From a virus (taxonomy: Duplodnaviria; Caudoviricetes): DNA of 64,000 nucleotides. The translations under genes and the position numbers were made by a program. Below, one piece after another: positions 31,034-40,638 of the stretch. The notes under the pieces are model-generated. The model saw only the letters and a list, made by a program, of their open reading frames with translations. It was not told where the DNA came from and ran no database searches. The DNA lies in the IMG/VR virus record IMGVR_UViG_3300021430_000575, positions 1 to 64,000 of that record, one strand, 5' to 3'. Position 1 is the first letter of the stretch. The number at the start of each line of letters is the position of its first letter.

Positions 31034-31063
31034 TATTTATACTGTATTTATTTATAATGTCAA
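31034..31063 (-). promoter_or_regulatory. composite sigma70-like / T4-late-like promoter of the leader
   Basis: TTGACA-16-TATAAA(TA); two TATAAATA motifs. Confidence 0.7.
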
Positions 31064-31101
31064 TTAGTTTTCTTGGTGAATCACGTATTTTTTAATTCTT
31101 T

Positions 31102-31476
31102 TTACCAACAGCGTCCTGCACGACATCCGTACCATGGTCTCGGGCCACCCCAAATAGGTGGAAGATAAACAGGAGGTGCTACATATACAGGCGGTGCTAG
31201 TATAACCGGGGCAGGCGCTACATATACAGGCTGAGGTGCTACATATACAGGCGGTGGTGTAGTATAAATCACTTGCGGCGGAGGATTATTAACAATGATT
31301 GGCCGCGGTGGAGGATTATTAATCACCACCGGAGGACTGTTTGGTTGGACAACCACAGCAGGACTGTCAACCACAATAGGAGGAGGACCATAGTCTACTC
31401 GCACCACTCCTGCTGGTACTGCAGGAGCACATCCATTTATTAAAAATCCAATGGCAAGTACAATATAACTATTCAT
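31102..31476 (-). CDS. proline-rich (PVYVAP repeat) secreted/lipoprotein
   Basis: Signal peptide ending NGC; repeated GCTACATATACAGGC units on the + strand. Confidence 0.65.
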   Translation of the reverse strand: MNSYIVLAIGFLINGCAPAVPAGVVRVDYGPPPIVVDSPAVVVQPNSPPVVINNPPPRPIIVNNPPPQVIYTTPPPVYVAPQPVYVAPAPVILAPPVYVAPPVYLPPIWGGPRPWYGCRAGRCW

Positions 31477-31489
31477 ATTAATATTTATA

Positions 31490-33130
31490 TTAGCTAGAAA
31501 TCGTTGGTTTTACAACCTCATTCATAATTTTATTAATAGCTATTTCACCACCTGGTGTAGTTTCAAACGGCAATGAGTATGTGTCAAGTAGTTCTTTGAC
31601 TTTAATATCAAATCTCACAGCTTCAAGTTCATCTTTTTGATTTCTGCCTACTGGGTCATAGGTAAAATGTCGCTGTAATATGTAATTATAATTTTCATAT
31701 TCGTTAAAAACTTCCAGTACTAGGTTAGTAAAGTTTTTGCTAGTATATTCTGGTTTTACATATATAAGTCCCAGAGGAATTGGGCTGTCTGTGATTACCC
31801 AATCTATATTATGATTCTTTAGCCGTGCAATACGTCTTTGTTGTTTGGCAAATATATAAATTTGATCGTCAAATAAATCAACACGTCTTTCCCAGACAGC
31901 TTCTTTGGCATACTCTGTTACCAGTTCAACGCTGAGTTTTGATTTTTTCATTTCGTAAAAAAGTCCGGCGGCCGTTGTAGAATTATGTGTAACCACATAA
32001 TTATCAGTTACGTATAAATGATCTGTATGGTCAATCATAATACATTGAACTTCAGTTGTTCTAGAATATTCTATACTTTTGATTCTCAATTTTAAATCAG
32101 AATATTGGTAATTTTCTGGTAGTCGATTCATTTTTCTCGTAAGTTTACTTAATTTTCTTGGCTTGGGATATCTAATACAAACATTATAATTAATTTTACC
32201 AGATTCTTTTATACCTTTATACGTATATTTTGGGAATTTTTTTAATATTTTTGCTTGCCCTCCAAGTGACCAAATAATTTCTTGTATATCTTTAGCCAAT
32301 TGTTCGCTAGATGTAGAAATAGAAATGCTACCGCTTTTACAGACATACCCGTCAGAATCTACTAACCCGGCAATCAAATCTTCTTTTTGTGAAGTTGAAC
32401 CACGTTTATATAAATCTGGAATAAATTTGGTATATGAACGTGTACCAAATAATCCCAAATCAAATAATGATTTTTTATAGCAATTTCTAAAAACATTTCT
32501 TTTTCCTTGACCTTTAACAGATTCTGTAGGGTCTATGAACCTAATATTATATCCGTATTTTTGTGGCATTTTATGTATTTTATACTTTGACGATATCTTA
32601 TTGGACATTAAATTTACTATTTCATAGTCATTAGTTGTAAAAGATGTCAATGCTCGTTTACTTGAAAAGCATCCGTCCCCTAATAAAAAACCAAGAACCC
32701 ACGGATCAATTGGTAAAGGTATATCTATGGCATTTAAGTTTCTTACCATAGGTATTCTAAAAATTTGTGTTTTATTAGTCTTTAATTTATCCATCATCCA
32801 TTCTAATGATACGGTTTTATAATCTAATTTTCGCCCTGTATAATTGGATCTCGTCTTATAAGTATTGCCATATTTTCCATATATCTTCCAAAGATGATCT
32901 TTACAACATTCAACCGATCGGCCGTCAATAAATGTAATTTTATACACATCCTTAATCCCTTGTGGATATACTCCTACTACTTTTGAAACCTCTCCGTTTG
33001 GCACAGTAACAGTGGTTCCAATTTTTATATCCTTCATCTGTTTCCACCCATCAGGAGTCAAAACGTTTGCGTCTAATGGCTGAGCCTTCCCTGTTCCTGG
33101 GCCACCGAAGAGATTAATTACTTTCATCAT
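31490..33130 (-). CDS. P-loop nucleotide kinase (AAA_28/NadR-like) containing an intein
   Basis: VINLFGGPGTGK|STTAAGLF...ELVTEYAK...VITDSP after intein removal. Confidence 0.85.
   Translation of the reverse strand: MMKVINLFGGPGTGKAQPLDANVLTPDGWKQMKDIKIGTTVTVPNGEVSKVVGVYPQGIKDVYKITFIDGRSVECCKDHLWKIYGKYGNTYKTRSNYTGRKLDYKTVSLEWMMDKLKTNKTQIFRIPMVRNLNAIDIPLPIDPWVLGFLLGDGCFSSKRALTSFTTNDYEIVNLMSNKISSKYKIHKMPQKYGYNIRFIDPTESVKGQGKRNVFRNCYKKSLFDLGLFGTRSYTKFIPDLYKRGSTSQKEDLIAGLVDSDGYVCKSGSISISTSSEQLAKDIQEIIWSLGGQAKILKKFPKYTYKGIKESGKINYNVCIRYPKPRKLSKLTRKMNRLPENYQYSDLKLRIKSIEYSRTTEVQCIMIDHTDHLYVTDNYVVTHNSTTAAGLFYEMKKSKLSVELVTEYAKEAVWERRVDLFDDQIYIFAKQQRRIARLKNHNIDWVITDSPIPLGLIYVKPEYTSKNFTNLVLEVFNEYENYNYILQRHFTYDPVGRNQKDELEAVRFDIKVKELLDTYSLPFETTPGGEIAINKIMNEVVKPTISS
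31982..33085 (-). mobile_element. class-3-like intein with LAGLIDADG homing endonuclease (368 aa)
   Basis: Starts AQPLD, block-B DHLW, block-F VQCI, ends VTHN|S; LGFLLGDG and IAGLVDSDG motifs. Confidence 0.85.
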
Positions 33131-33136
33131 TGTCCT

Positions 33137-33940
33137 CTATATTCTGGTTTCTAGTTCTTGTCTCACAGCTTCTATCAACTCTGGATTATAATTCTCGTGT
33201 TTATCTTTGAAACAGTCCATATTTTCCAGAGCCCACATGTAGTAGTCTGTGGGAATTTCTTTAAATTTCTTGCCTTTATATTTTCCAAATGGCCATGACA
33301 CCACAGGAAATGCCTGCCAGCAAAGTTTATTAATCTGTTTGCCAATATCAGGCGAATCAGTTACAATGCCTCTTTCTAGAGCAGTGTTTACCAGGAATTC
33401 AAATAATTTGCTGCATACATAGGTATCATCATGTGCTCTATGTACTCCAGTTGAATCATCAACTGGTAAATCAAACCTATAGCGTAGGTAGCTGAGGTTA
33501 TATTGCATGTTAGGAAAGTCAACTGTAAATAGTTGTTTAGCCAATCTATGTGTGCATATCCACCGACCGCGGTCTTGTGTAATCACACATTGTTTGACCT
33601 CGTCGGCCATGATCCATGCACGCCCTAGAACTTCCTGGTCGTAAAAGGAATTATGAGCTACCCAGTAACTGGTGTCAGTCCAGTGAAGTATTTCTTTTAC
33701 CAATGGTACAGAATCTGCAAAAGTTGGTTTGCCAGCGATCATTCGCTGACTGATATTATTCTTAGCGCTGGCTTCGGGCGGAATAGGATCACGACTTCCT
33801 AACAGCGTACTTTGCACTTGCCAATCGTTATCTTTATAACGTGCGCCGGCAATTTCTACTATTTCTGCTTTTTCTGGGACAAGATGTGTTGTCTCTGTAT
33901 CGACGACTGTGACAGTCTTAAAAAAATTTTCTTTGTGCAT
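33137..33940 (-). CDS. DEDDh 3'-5' exonuclease (exodeoxyribonuclease X-like)
   Basis: VVDTETT, VAHNSFYD, HRAHDD; C-terminal WPFGKYKG domain. Confidence 0.85.
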   Translation of the reverse strand: MHKENFFKTVTVVDTETTHLVPEKAEIVEIAGARYKDNDWQVQSTLLGSRDPIPPEASAKNNISQRMIAGKPTFADSVPLVKEILHWTDTSYWVAHNSFYDQEVLGRAWIMADEVKQCVITQDRGRWICTHRLAKQLFTVDFPNMQYNLSYLRYRFDLPVDDSTGVHRAHDDTYVCSKLFEFLVNTALERGIVTDSPDIGKQINKLCWQAFPVVSWPFGKYKGKKFKEIPTDYYMWALENMDCFKDKHENYNPELIEAVRQELETRI

Positions 33941-33981
33941 AAAGAACTATTATGCAGTACCACCGGCTATGTCTAGATTTA

Positions 33982-34449
33982 TTAAGTAATTCTTTCAATT
34001 CCGTTGCCATAATAATGAAATTTACAGTAAAAATAATTGGTTGAGTTTTGTAAATTTTGTATATTCATCCAATAGGTAACATCATTTTTGATTACATGGT
34101 AAATGTTAGCAGGTTTCAATTGATCTTGCTGAATATCAAAAATATGAAAATTCCAATCAACTCCATTAGGGTTCATATTTACGCTGGCCTGTGTTTGTCG
34201 TGGGCTAGCTGTTATGCTTGTACCTGCTGCTTCTGCGCTGGGCCAGCAGCGCATACCGGGTATCCACACATTAATATATGGTGTATTATTAGCCAGTGTA
34301 ATTACCAATTGATGCCAACGAGGGCGTAGATACCAGGGAAAACAAAGAGTTTTGCTTGGTCCTATTGTATAAGTATAATCTTCTTCGTTTAATTGTGTAA
34401 CTATGCTGGCACCTTGCGGCAAGCCACCTGAGTAATACTGTCTAACCAT
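33982..34449 (-). CDS. hypothetical protein
   Basis: ORF after ATAAATA. Confidence 0.65.
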   Translation of the reverse strand: MVRQYYSGGLPQGASIVTQLNEEDYTYTIGPSKTLCFPWYLRPRWHQLVITLANNTPYINVWIPGMRCWPSAEAAGTSITASPRQTQASVNMNPNGVDWNFHIFDIQQDQLKPANIYHVIKNDVTYWMNIQNLQNSTNYFYCKFHYYGNGIERIT

Positions 34450-34504
34450 ATTATATTTATTATCAAAATCTACTCATAAATATACAATAATTTGAGGTAT
34501 TCAT

Positions 34505-34942
34505 ATGAGTATATACACCTATCCGGTAATTGATGTCCAACTTCCTTCGTATACAGCAGGAGTATGGACTCCTACGTTAGAATTTAACGGTTCATCAGCT
34601 GGAATCATCAGCGATATTGCAGCAGGTACTTATTCATTCTTGTTTAACACAGTATTCTTTGAGCTATATATAAAACTATCCAGTAAAGGTGTAGCCACTG
34701 GCAACGCTACTATTGGCGGATTACCGCAGCTATCGTCAGTATATAGTGGCGACGGACGTATGGTTACGTATAGAAATATGTCAGGAGTAACATCTCCGGG
34801 TGGGTTTATTATGCCCAATGCTGGAAGCATAAATCTAACCAGTTCAACTTCCACAGAAACAGTAAACTTAACTGATGCCAATTTTACTGATACAACTGAG
34901 TTTGCGCTTTCCGGATACTACAGATTTGTAGAAATTAGCTAA
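34505..34942 (+). CDS. virion/tail-fibre-associated beta-sandwich protein
   Basis: GVWTPTL...GTY.....V.F...I..GLP...SG.Y pattern typical of fibre C-terminal domains. Confidence 0.6.
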   Translation: MSIYTYPVIDVQLPSYTAGVWTPTLEFNGSSAGIISDIAAGTYSFLFNTVFFELYIKLSSKGVATGNATIGGLPQLSSVYSGDGRMVTYRNMSGVTSPGGFIMPNAGSINLTSSTSTETVNLTDANFTDTTEFALSGYYRFVEIS

Positions 34943-34969
34943 ATATTCTATTAAACGTGGACAAACAGC

Positions 34970-36193
34970 ATGACAGTTAACAGCAAAGTAAATCCTAATT
35001 TTCCCATACCGGGGATTGACCAAAGTAGTCGTGGGTTTCGAGACAATTTCGCAACCATTAAAGAAGAAATTGAAAATCTTCAGACAAAACAAATTCAATT
35101 AACTGGTACAATAGTGGGAGGTCCAGCACAAATTGGCGACGGTACAGGAGATGTTGTCATTGAAACATCTCTTAACATAACCAATGTGCCAGCGGCTGGT
35201 AGTAACTTGTCAATACAAATAAATGATTCTGGGCTGTTAGCTGGCTCAAATATGTTTTGGGTTGATAACAAAGTAGGTATTAACACATCATTACCGGCTT
35301 ATACTCTTCATGTTATTGGTAATGCAAATATTGCAGGAACTTCTAACACTGCTAGTTTATTTCTAGGACCTAATTTTGAAATTACCTCAGAAACCAACAC
35401 AAGTAATATTATTGTAAATGATTTAAAAGTTATTCAATTTACGCATCAATATGGCAACGTAGGCATAGGTACTGCACCCAGTACAACATTTGATGTTTTT
35501 TCAGTAAATGGCGATGTAGCACATTTCATAGCCGGAAAAGATGTAAACGATAATACAATAAGATTTAGTACATCTAATAACAGTACTGCCGGTGTAGTTC
35601 TAGAACAAGTAACTGCTAATAAACTTGGTGGTATGAGAATTGATCAATCTGGCAATGTTTCTATTCATGTAAACGAAAGCAGTGGAGCCAACCTATCCGA
35701 TGCAAGCAGAGTAATCAATATTTTAACAAATAATAATGTCGGTATTGGTAGCATGATTCCACAAAAACAATTGGATGTTCAAGGAAATGTTAAAATTACC
35801 GGACAATTGGAATTTTCAAATGCATCAGTGAATAGCGGAATAGTATTTCCCGATGGCAGTTTTCAAACTGTTGCTGGCGGAGGCGGTACTACTTCTAGTA
35901 GTACACGTTCTCTTACCTTAGATGATATTGGTCGTTACATTGTTTCGACAACTGCTGGATCAGAAACTATTACATTACCTACCGATTTGGCACTGGCATG
36001 GCCAGTTGGAGCCAGGACCAGTATTGTATTAACCGGAGCAGGAACTGTAAGTATTAGTCCAGATATAGGTGTTAGTCTTTATCTTGCAGGGATTGGAACT
36101 ACTGGAGCCAGAACACTTGCTACTTATGGGCTAGCAACAATTGTTAAAATAGCAGCCGACACTTGGTATATCAGTGGTGATGGTATATCATAA
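34970..36193 (+). CDS. structural/tail-fibre-like protein
   Basis: N-terminal NFP..G.DQSSRGFRDNF..IK; VGIGT/GNVGI fibre repeats. Confidence 0.7.
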   Translation: MTVNSKVNPNFPIPGIDQSSRGFRDNFATIKEEIENLQTKQIQLTGTIVGGPAQIGDGTGDVVIETSLNITNVPAAGSNLSIQINDSGLLAGSNMFWVDNKVGINTSLPAYTLHVIGNANIAGTSNTASLFLGPNFEITSETNTSNIIVNDLKVIQFTHQYGNVGIGTAPSTTFDVFSVNGDVAHFIAGKDVNDNTIRFSTSNNSTAGVVLEQVTANKLGGMRIDQSGNVSIHVNESSGANLSDASRVINILTNNNVGIGSMIPQKQLDVQGNVKITGQLEFSNASVNSGIVFPDGSFQTVAGGGGTTSSSTRSLTLDDIGRYIVSTTAGSETITLPTDLALAWPVGARTSIVLTGAGTVSISPDIGVSLYLAGIGTTGARTLATYGLATIVKIAADTWYISGDGIS

Positions 36194-36211
36194 ATAACAT
36201 GAGGATTTAAA

Positions 36212-36538
36212 ATGGAACAAACACTTAAAGTTTTTGGGCAAAATAAACCGGATGCGGGTTTTGATACTAATTTGTTTACAGTTGCCATAGACAATCAGGC
36301 TCAATTCTCAATATTTGTTGCTAATCAATCAAATACATATGAGAGATTTACCATTGCAATAGTTCCTAATTCTCAAAGTGAACAGCCGGAGAACTATATA
36401 GCTTATAACACATATCTATATCCTAACGGTGTGATTGCATTTAGCGGATTATATTTAAACAGTGGTGACAAAGTGCAGGTTAGCAGCGAAAACGGAAATT
36501 GCAGTTTTACTGCCACAGGTATTGATTTTTCTCCGTAA
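36212..36538 (+). CDS. virion-associated beta-sandwich protein
   Basis: L..GD.V.V pattern; GAGG RBS. Confidence 0.6.
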   Translation: MEQTLKVFGQNKPDAGFDTNLFTVAIDNQAQFSIFVANQSNTYERFTIAIVPNSQSEQPENYIAYNTYLYPNGVIAFSGLYLNSGDKVQVSSENGNCSFTATGIDFSP

Positions 36539-36580
36539 TTTAAGGGGTTTTTACTTTTGTGAAGTAAATATCTTGTTATC

Positions 36581-36847
36581 ATGGGCGATATAATTAAATT
36601 TCCAAAGCAAAGGACTAAGAAACAACAAAAAATTGACAATTTGTTAGTTGAAAAATTGCCCAATGTTGAACAACATTCTAACATCGGAGATGTTAATTTT
36701 ACCTGCGCTACATGTGGTACACGTAGTCAGTTAACATTTAATTATATTGTATTTAAATTGTGCGAATTTTATTGCAGTGCCTGTGGTACAGGTTATAAAA
36801 TATCTAATCCATTGTTTTCATCTCGTAAAAAGACTATATCAAAATGA
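36581..36847 (+). CDS. Zn-finger hypothetical protein
   Basis: CATC...CSAC. Confidence 0.6.
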   Translation: MGDIIKFPKQRTKKQQKIDNLLVEKLPNVEQHSNIGDVNFTCATCGTRSQLTFNYIVFKLCEFYCSACGTGYKISNPLFSSRKKTISK

Positions 36848-37110
36848 GCGATAGTTCAATACACCCTTTTTTACCTCCTATGGCAGAATTAACTGCTGAT
36901 GAATTAGATAAAAAGCATTCATCATTGATAAATCGCTGGCGTATGGCTAAGAGTATGAATATGGATCAAAGTGTGCTTATACAACTTGACATGATGATTA
37001 CTGCAATGGAAGAAGAAAGATATCGCAGAGCTCAAGTCGAAGACAGTAAAAACAATGTAGTGATCGATACTGATCCAATTGAAATGCCAGTTTTTAATCG
37101 AAATAAATGA
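36844..37110 (+). CDS. hypothetical protein
   Basis: Coupled ORF. Confidence 0.65.
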   Translation: MSDSSIHPFLPPMAELTADELDKKHSSLINRWRMAKSMNMDQSVLIQLDMMITAMEEERYRRAQVEDSKNNVVIDTDPIEMPVFNRNK

Positions 37111-37631
37111 CCGTTGATTTATCAAACAGACAAATTCTTGATAATGGAACAGTAATATTAGATCGTTATGGCCTAGTTGAGCTGTTGTACCAAGGTCAAA
37201 CCTTAGACAATTGTATAAGCAACGATCTAAGAGAGATTAATCAATTTAAACAAGCTAAGAAAATATGTGACAATAATCTAGATGAACCTAGATATATAGA
37301 TGACGTTGTTATTCCTGACATTCAATGGAATCAACATTGGTTTACACCTATAGAATATGCTGAAATAGATGTCAGAAACTGGTGTCACAACCTATGTAAG
37401 ACAGATGAAGAGCATCAACGAGTTGATTTAGAAATAAACGAACTTGAAAAAAGAGATATGCTACCAGTTTTACGACATTTAATATATTGTGTTGATATTT
37501 GGAGAAAGAATAACATATTTTGGGGTGTAGGACGAGGAAGCTCAGTTTGTTCTTTTGTGTTACATCTTATTGGAATTAACCGTGTAAATCCATTAAAATA
37601 TAATTTAGAAATTGATGAATGGCTAAAATAA
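37107..37631 (+). CDS. dnaE: DNA polymerase III alpha subunit fragment (split DnaE)
   Basis: R...E.....GVGRGSSVCSFVLHLIGINRVNPLKYNL motif. Confidence 0.8.
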   Translation: MTVDLSNRQILDNGTVILDRYGLVELLYQGQTLDNCISNDLREINQFKQAKKICDNNLDEPRYIDDVVIPDIQWNQHWFTPIEYAEIDVRNWCHNLCKTDEEHQRVDLEINELEKRDMLPVLRHLIYCVDIWRKNNIFWGVGRGSSVCSFVLHLIGINRVNPLKYNLEIDEWLK

Positions 37632-37658
37632 ATAATAATATACTTAAGGAGACAAATA

Positions 37659-38048
37659 ATGAGACATAGAACCGCACGCGGTGAGCTAATTGATATGGCA
37701 GCACTAACAACGCAAAATGCCAATCAAGTTGCACTAGGAAATGCAAGAATGAACGCAAGAGGCGATATATTAGGTGATCATGGTGTAGTTCTTAAAACAC
37801 AAGAACAAATTGAAGCTGAATGGGCAGCAGAAAAGGCTAAATTAAATAACACAGGCAATCAATCCGAAGACATTAAACTTCCTCTCGATCAAATGATCGC
37901 TCCTCCTTCGACAAAAAAACAACCACATTTAATGGTTGATAAGGATTTTGATATGGATATGATATCAGAGAATCCTGGTACTGAAAATGTATCACCAAAA
38001 GCACAGACTAACAAAACACCAAGACGTAGAATAGTGGAAACTGAATAA
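37659..38048 (+). CDS. hypothetical protein
   Basis: HRTARG..IDM..L...N....ALGNARMNARGD.LG motif; GGAG RBS. Confidence 0.7.
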   Translation: MRHRTARGELIDMAALTTQNANQVALGNARMNARGDILGDHGVVLKTQEQIEAEWAAEKAKLNNTGNQSEDIKLPLDQMIAPPSTKKQPHLMVDKDFDMDMISENPGTENVSPKAQTNKTPRRRIVETE

Positions 38049-38374
38049 TGGAAAATTTTGATTATGAACTCAAAGACGGGTCTATAGTAAGTCCTTTAGC
38101 CGATGTTATATTAGTATACGGAATGGAGCATGGTGATCAAATATTGTCATCGGGTATTATTATTCCAGATGACAACGGTAAAAGCTCGGGAATACGTCCG
38201 CGAGCTTGTATTGTTTATTCAGTTGGAAATAACATAGATTATATAAAACCAGAAGAAAAGATCCTTGTTAGTCACGGTCGGTGGTCACGTGGCTTCAAGA
38301 TCAAAGAAAAAGATGGTTCAATAAAAGTGGTTCGCCGGGTTGATCCCAAAGACATTTTGCTAGTTTATTCTTGA
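38048..38374 (+). CDS. groES: co-chaperonin GroES
   Basis: PLAD.ILV...SSGIIIPD...VYSVG....IKP..KILV. Confidence 0.75.
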   Translation: MENFDYELKDGSIVSPLADVILVYGMEHGDQILSSGIIIPDDNGKSSGIRPRACIVYSVGNNIDYIKPEEKILVSHGRWSRGFKIKEKDGSIKVVRRVDPKDILLVYS

Positions 38375-38461
38375 TATCGTTACAAAATGTAACCTAGGTC
38401 TGGTATAAAGATTATATGTGGCTTGCTTGACATTCTGTTGATTTTAATACAATTATATAGA

Positions 38462-38905
38462 ATGATTAAATATATCACAGGCGATCTTATTGACGCCACA
38501 CAAAAAGTAATTGTCCATGGAGTAAATTGCTATGGAGTTATGGGTTCTGGAGTAGCAAAAGCTATACGAAATAAATGGCCTGAAGTATTTGAAGACTACC
38601 ATCTTCATTATAAACAATTTGGCTTAAAATTAGGTGACGTGTTGCCTGTGACTACCGATGATGGTAAAATCATTGTTAACGCAGCAACTCAAGAAAACTT
38701 TGGTAGAGATGGCAGGCAATACTGTAGCTATGATGCTATTGAACAGTGTTTTTTGCAAATTAATGATCTAGCATTAGAATGGCAGGTTAATGAAATTGCC
38801 TTACCAAAAATTGGCGCCGGTCTTGGTGGAGGGTCCTGGACTATTATAGAAAATATCATATTAAAAACTGCAAAAAATTATACACCTATTGTATACTCAC
38901 TATAA
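38462..38905 (+). CDS. macrodomain (Appr-1-p-processing family) protein; start re-called to ATG 38462
   Basis: GDL...IVHGVNC.GVMGSGVA..I, ALPKIGAGLGGG. Confidence 0.85.
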   Translation: MIKYITGDLIDATQKVIVHGVNCYGVMGSGVAKAIRNKWPEVFEDYHLHYKQFGLKLGDVLPVTTDDGKIIVNAATQENFGRDGRQYCSYDAIEQCFLQINDLALEWQVNEIALPKIGAGLGGGSWTIIENIILKTAKNYTPIVYSL

Positions 38906-38908
38906 TAA

Positions 38909-39547
38909 TTGAGAAAGCACATGACAAATAATACATTATGGACTGAACGTTATAGACCAAATACAATTGAAGATTATGTATGGATAAATGAAGGTCAACG
39001 CCAGCAAGTTGAAAGTTGGATTGCAGAGCAAGAAATTCCGCATCTTCTATTGTCAGGTGGTCCAGGAGTTGGTAAAAGTTCATTAGCCAAATTGCTAATG
39101 AATGCACTGAATGTAGACCCCAGTGATATTAAATTTGTCAATGCTAGTAAAAACACTGGTATCGATTATATTCGAGAACTGGAAAATTTCATTGAAACCA
39201 TGCCTACTGGCAAATACCGTTATGTTATCCTTGACGAGTGCCTCGATGAAAACACAGTTGTCACGGTTCTAAGAAACGGTGAAGTATCTTCTATTAAAAT
39301 TAAAGATTTAGATGAAAAGAACGATTTAGTAAAATCATATAATTTAGAAAAAGAAAAAATAGAATGGCGACCATTTGAGTTAATAGATAAAGGAACTCAA
39401 GAAACAATTGAAATTGAGTTTAACAACGGTGAAATAATTATATGCACACCTACACATAAATGGTATGTTGAAGATCCTGCAACGTTGCAACCAATTGTAG
39501 TACAGGCAAAAGATTTATTTAATTATAATCATATTTTAACTCCATAA
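38909..39547 (+). CDS. clamp loader (gp44/RFC-like) N-terminal half plus N-intein
   Basis: LWTERYRP, GGPGVGKS, ILDE|CLDENT...CTPTHKW. Confidence 0.9.
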   Translation: MRKHMTNNTLWTERYRPNTIEDYVWINEGQRQQVESWIAEQEIPHLLLSGGPGVGKSSLAKLLMNALNVDPSDIKFVNASKNTGIDYIRELENFIETMPTGKYRYVILDECLDENTVVTVLRNGEVSSIKIKDLDEKNDLVKSYNLEKEKIEWRPFELIDKGTQETIEIEFNNGEIIICTPTHKWYVEDPATLQPIVVQAKDLFNYNHILTP

Positions 39548-39571
39548 TTTTTTTACCACGCAGGCTGATAA

Positions 39572-39611
39572 CTTGTCTCGTGTTACACTAAATAGTGTAA
39601 TAGGAGACAGG
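39572..39611 (+). promoter_or_regulatory. hairpin sequestering the endonuclease RBS and containing a late promoter
   Basis: CTTGTCTC/GAGACAGG with TTACACT/AGTGTAA; CTAAATA spanning the loop; GGAGA in the 3' arm. Confidence 0.7.
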
Positions 39612-39612
39612 T

Positions 39613-40638
39613 ATGGCAGTATCAGAGTTACATAAAGCTAAACTAAGACAGCTAGCATATGAAAGAAATTTTGGCGGAAATCGATACACTCAACAACGAG
39701 AGTACACGAATCAAGAGATTAATGATCTCTTTTACAAGTATAGTCATAAAGAAAATAAATTAGAATCTTTGTTTTCAAATAAAATTTTAAAAAATGAATA
39801 CTGTTGGTTAAATGATTTATCTCGATTCATGTCTAGATATAGCAAGGAAGTTCTATTATTATTAATAAATCCTAGAAAATGTCATACATGTAAGGAAATT
39901 CTTACACCTGATAATTACCCTAAATTAACGCGGAAAGCTATCAACTGTATTTATTGTTATCAAAATCAGCGATGGAAAACTAAACAATATAGAGATCCAG
40001 AAAAATTAAAATTGGCTGGGGAGAAAATTAGTACTCATATGAAAAAGCTTATGGCAGGTCCCACTGCACAAGAAATAAAAGATAATATTGGTAGGAAAAA
40101 TTCTATTAATATGAAAAAATATATGCAAACAGAAACTGGCAAACAGCAAAGGGATCGAGTAGCAAAGCATTTAAGCAATTTAATGGTTAATAAAATATTA
40201 GCCGGGCATTTCACACCATGTGTTACTAATTCAAGAACACATTGGTCTGCTACGATACAAACAGGTATCGAAATCAAAAAATTTAGAAGCTCTTGGGAAG
40301 CATGTTTTTGGTTTTCAAATCAGCATTTATTATACGAATACTATAGAATTCCATACTACGATAAAAATAATAAGAAACGTGCATATGTAGTTGATTTTTT
40401 TGATATAAACTCTAAAACAGTATATGAAATTAAACCAATAGCTAGATTTAATGAAGAAATTCACAAAATGACAGAAGCTATAAAATTTTGTATTGCAAAT
40501 CAAGTCAAATTTATTTGGATAAATGAGAATAATATTATGCAGTACATTGACACAGAGGTATTTAAAGAACATAATCTAAAACAGTTACAAAAGCTTCAAA
40601 AAGGTCTCAATGCAAAAGTTAGAAATAAAAAGTATTAA
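39613..40638 (+). CDS. free-standing PD-(D/E)XK (TnsA-like) endonuclease between the intein halves
   Basis: FRSSWE...Y...Y.VDFFD.....YEIKP. Confidence 0.8.
   Translation: MAVSELHKAKLRQLAYERNFGGNRYTQQREYTNQEINDLFYKYSHKENKLESLFSNKILKNEYCWLNDLSRFMSRYSKEVLLLLINPRKCHTCKEILTPDNYPKLTRKAINCIYCYQNQRWKTKQYRDPEKLKLAGEKISTHMKKLMAGPTAQEIKDNIGRKNSINMKKYMQTETGKQQRDRVAKHLSNLMVNKILAGHFTPCVTNSRTHWSATIQTGIEIKKFRSSWEACFWFSNQHLLYEYYRIPYYDKNNKKRAYVVDFFDINSKTVYEIKPIARFNEEIHKMTEAIKFCIANQVKFIWINENNIMQYIDTEVFKEHNLKQLQKLQKGLNAKVRNKKY

Noticed and set aside
31140-31330. CRISPR-like short direct repeats
   Set aside because: In-frame PVYVAP coding repeats of a proline-rich protein with no unique spacers
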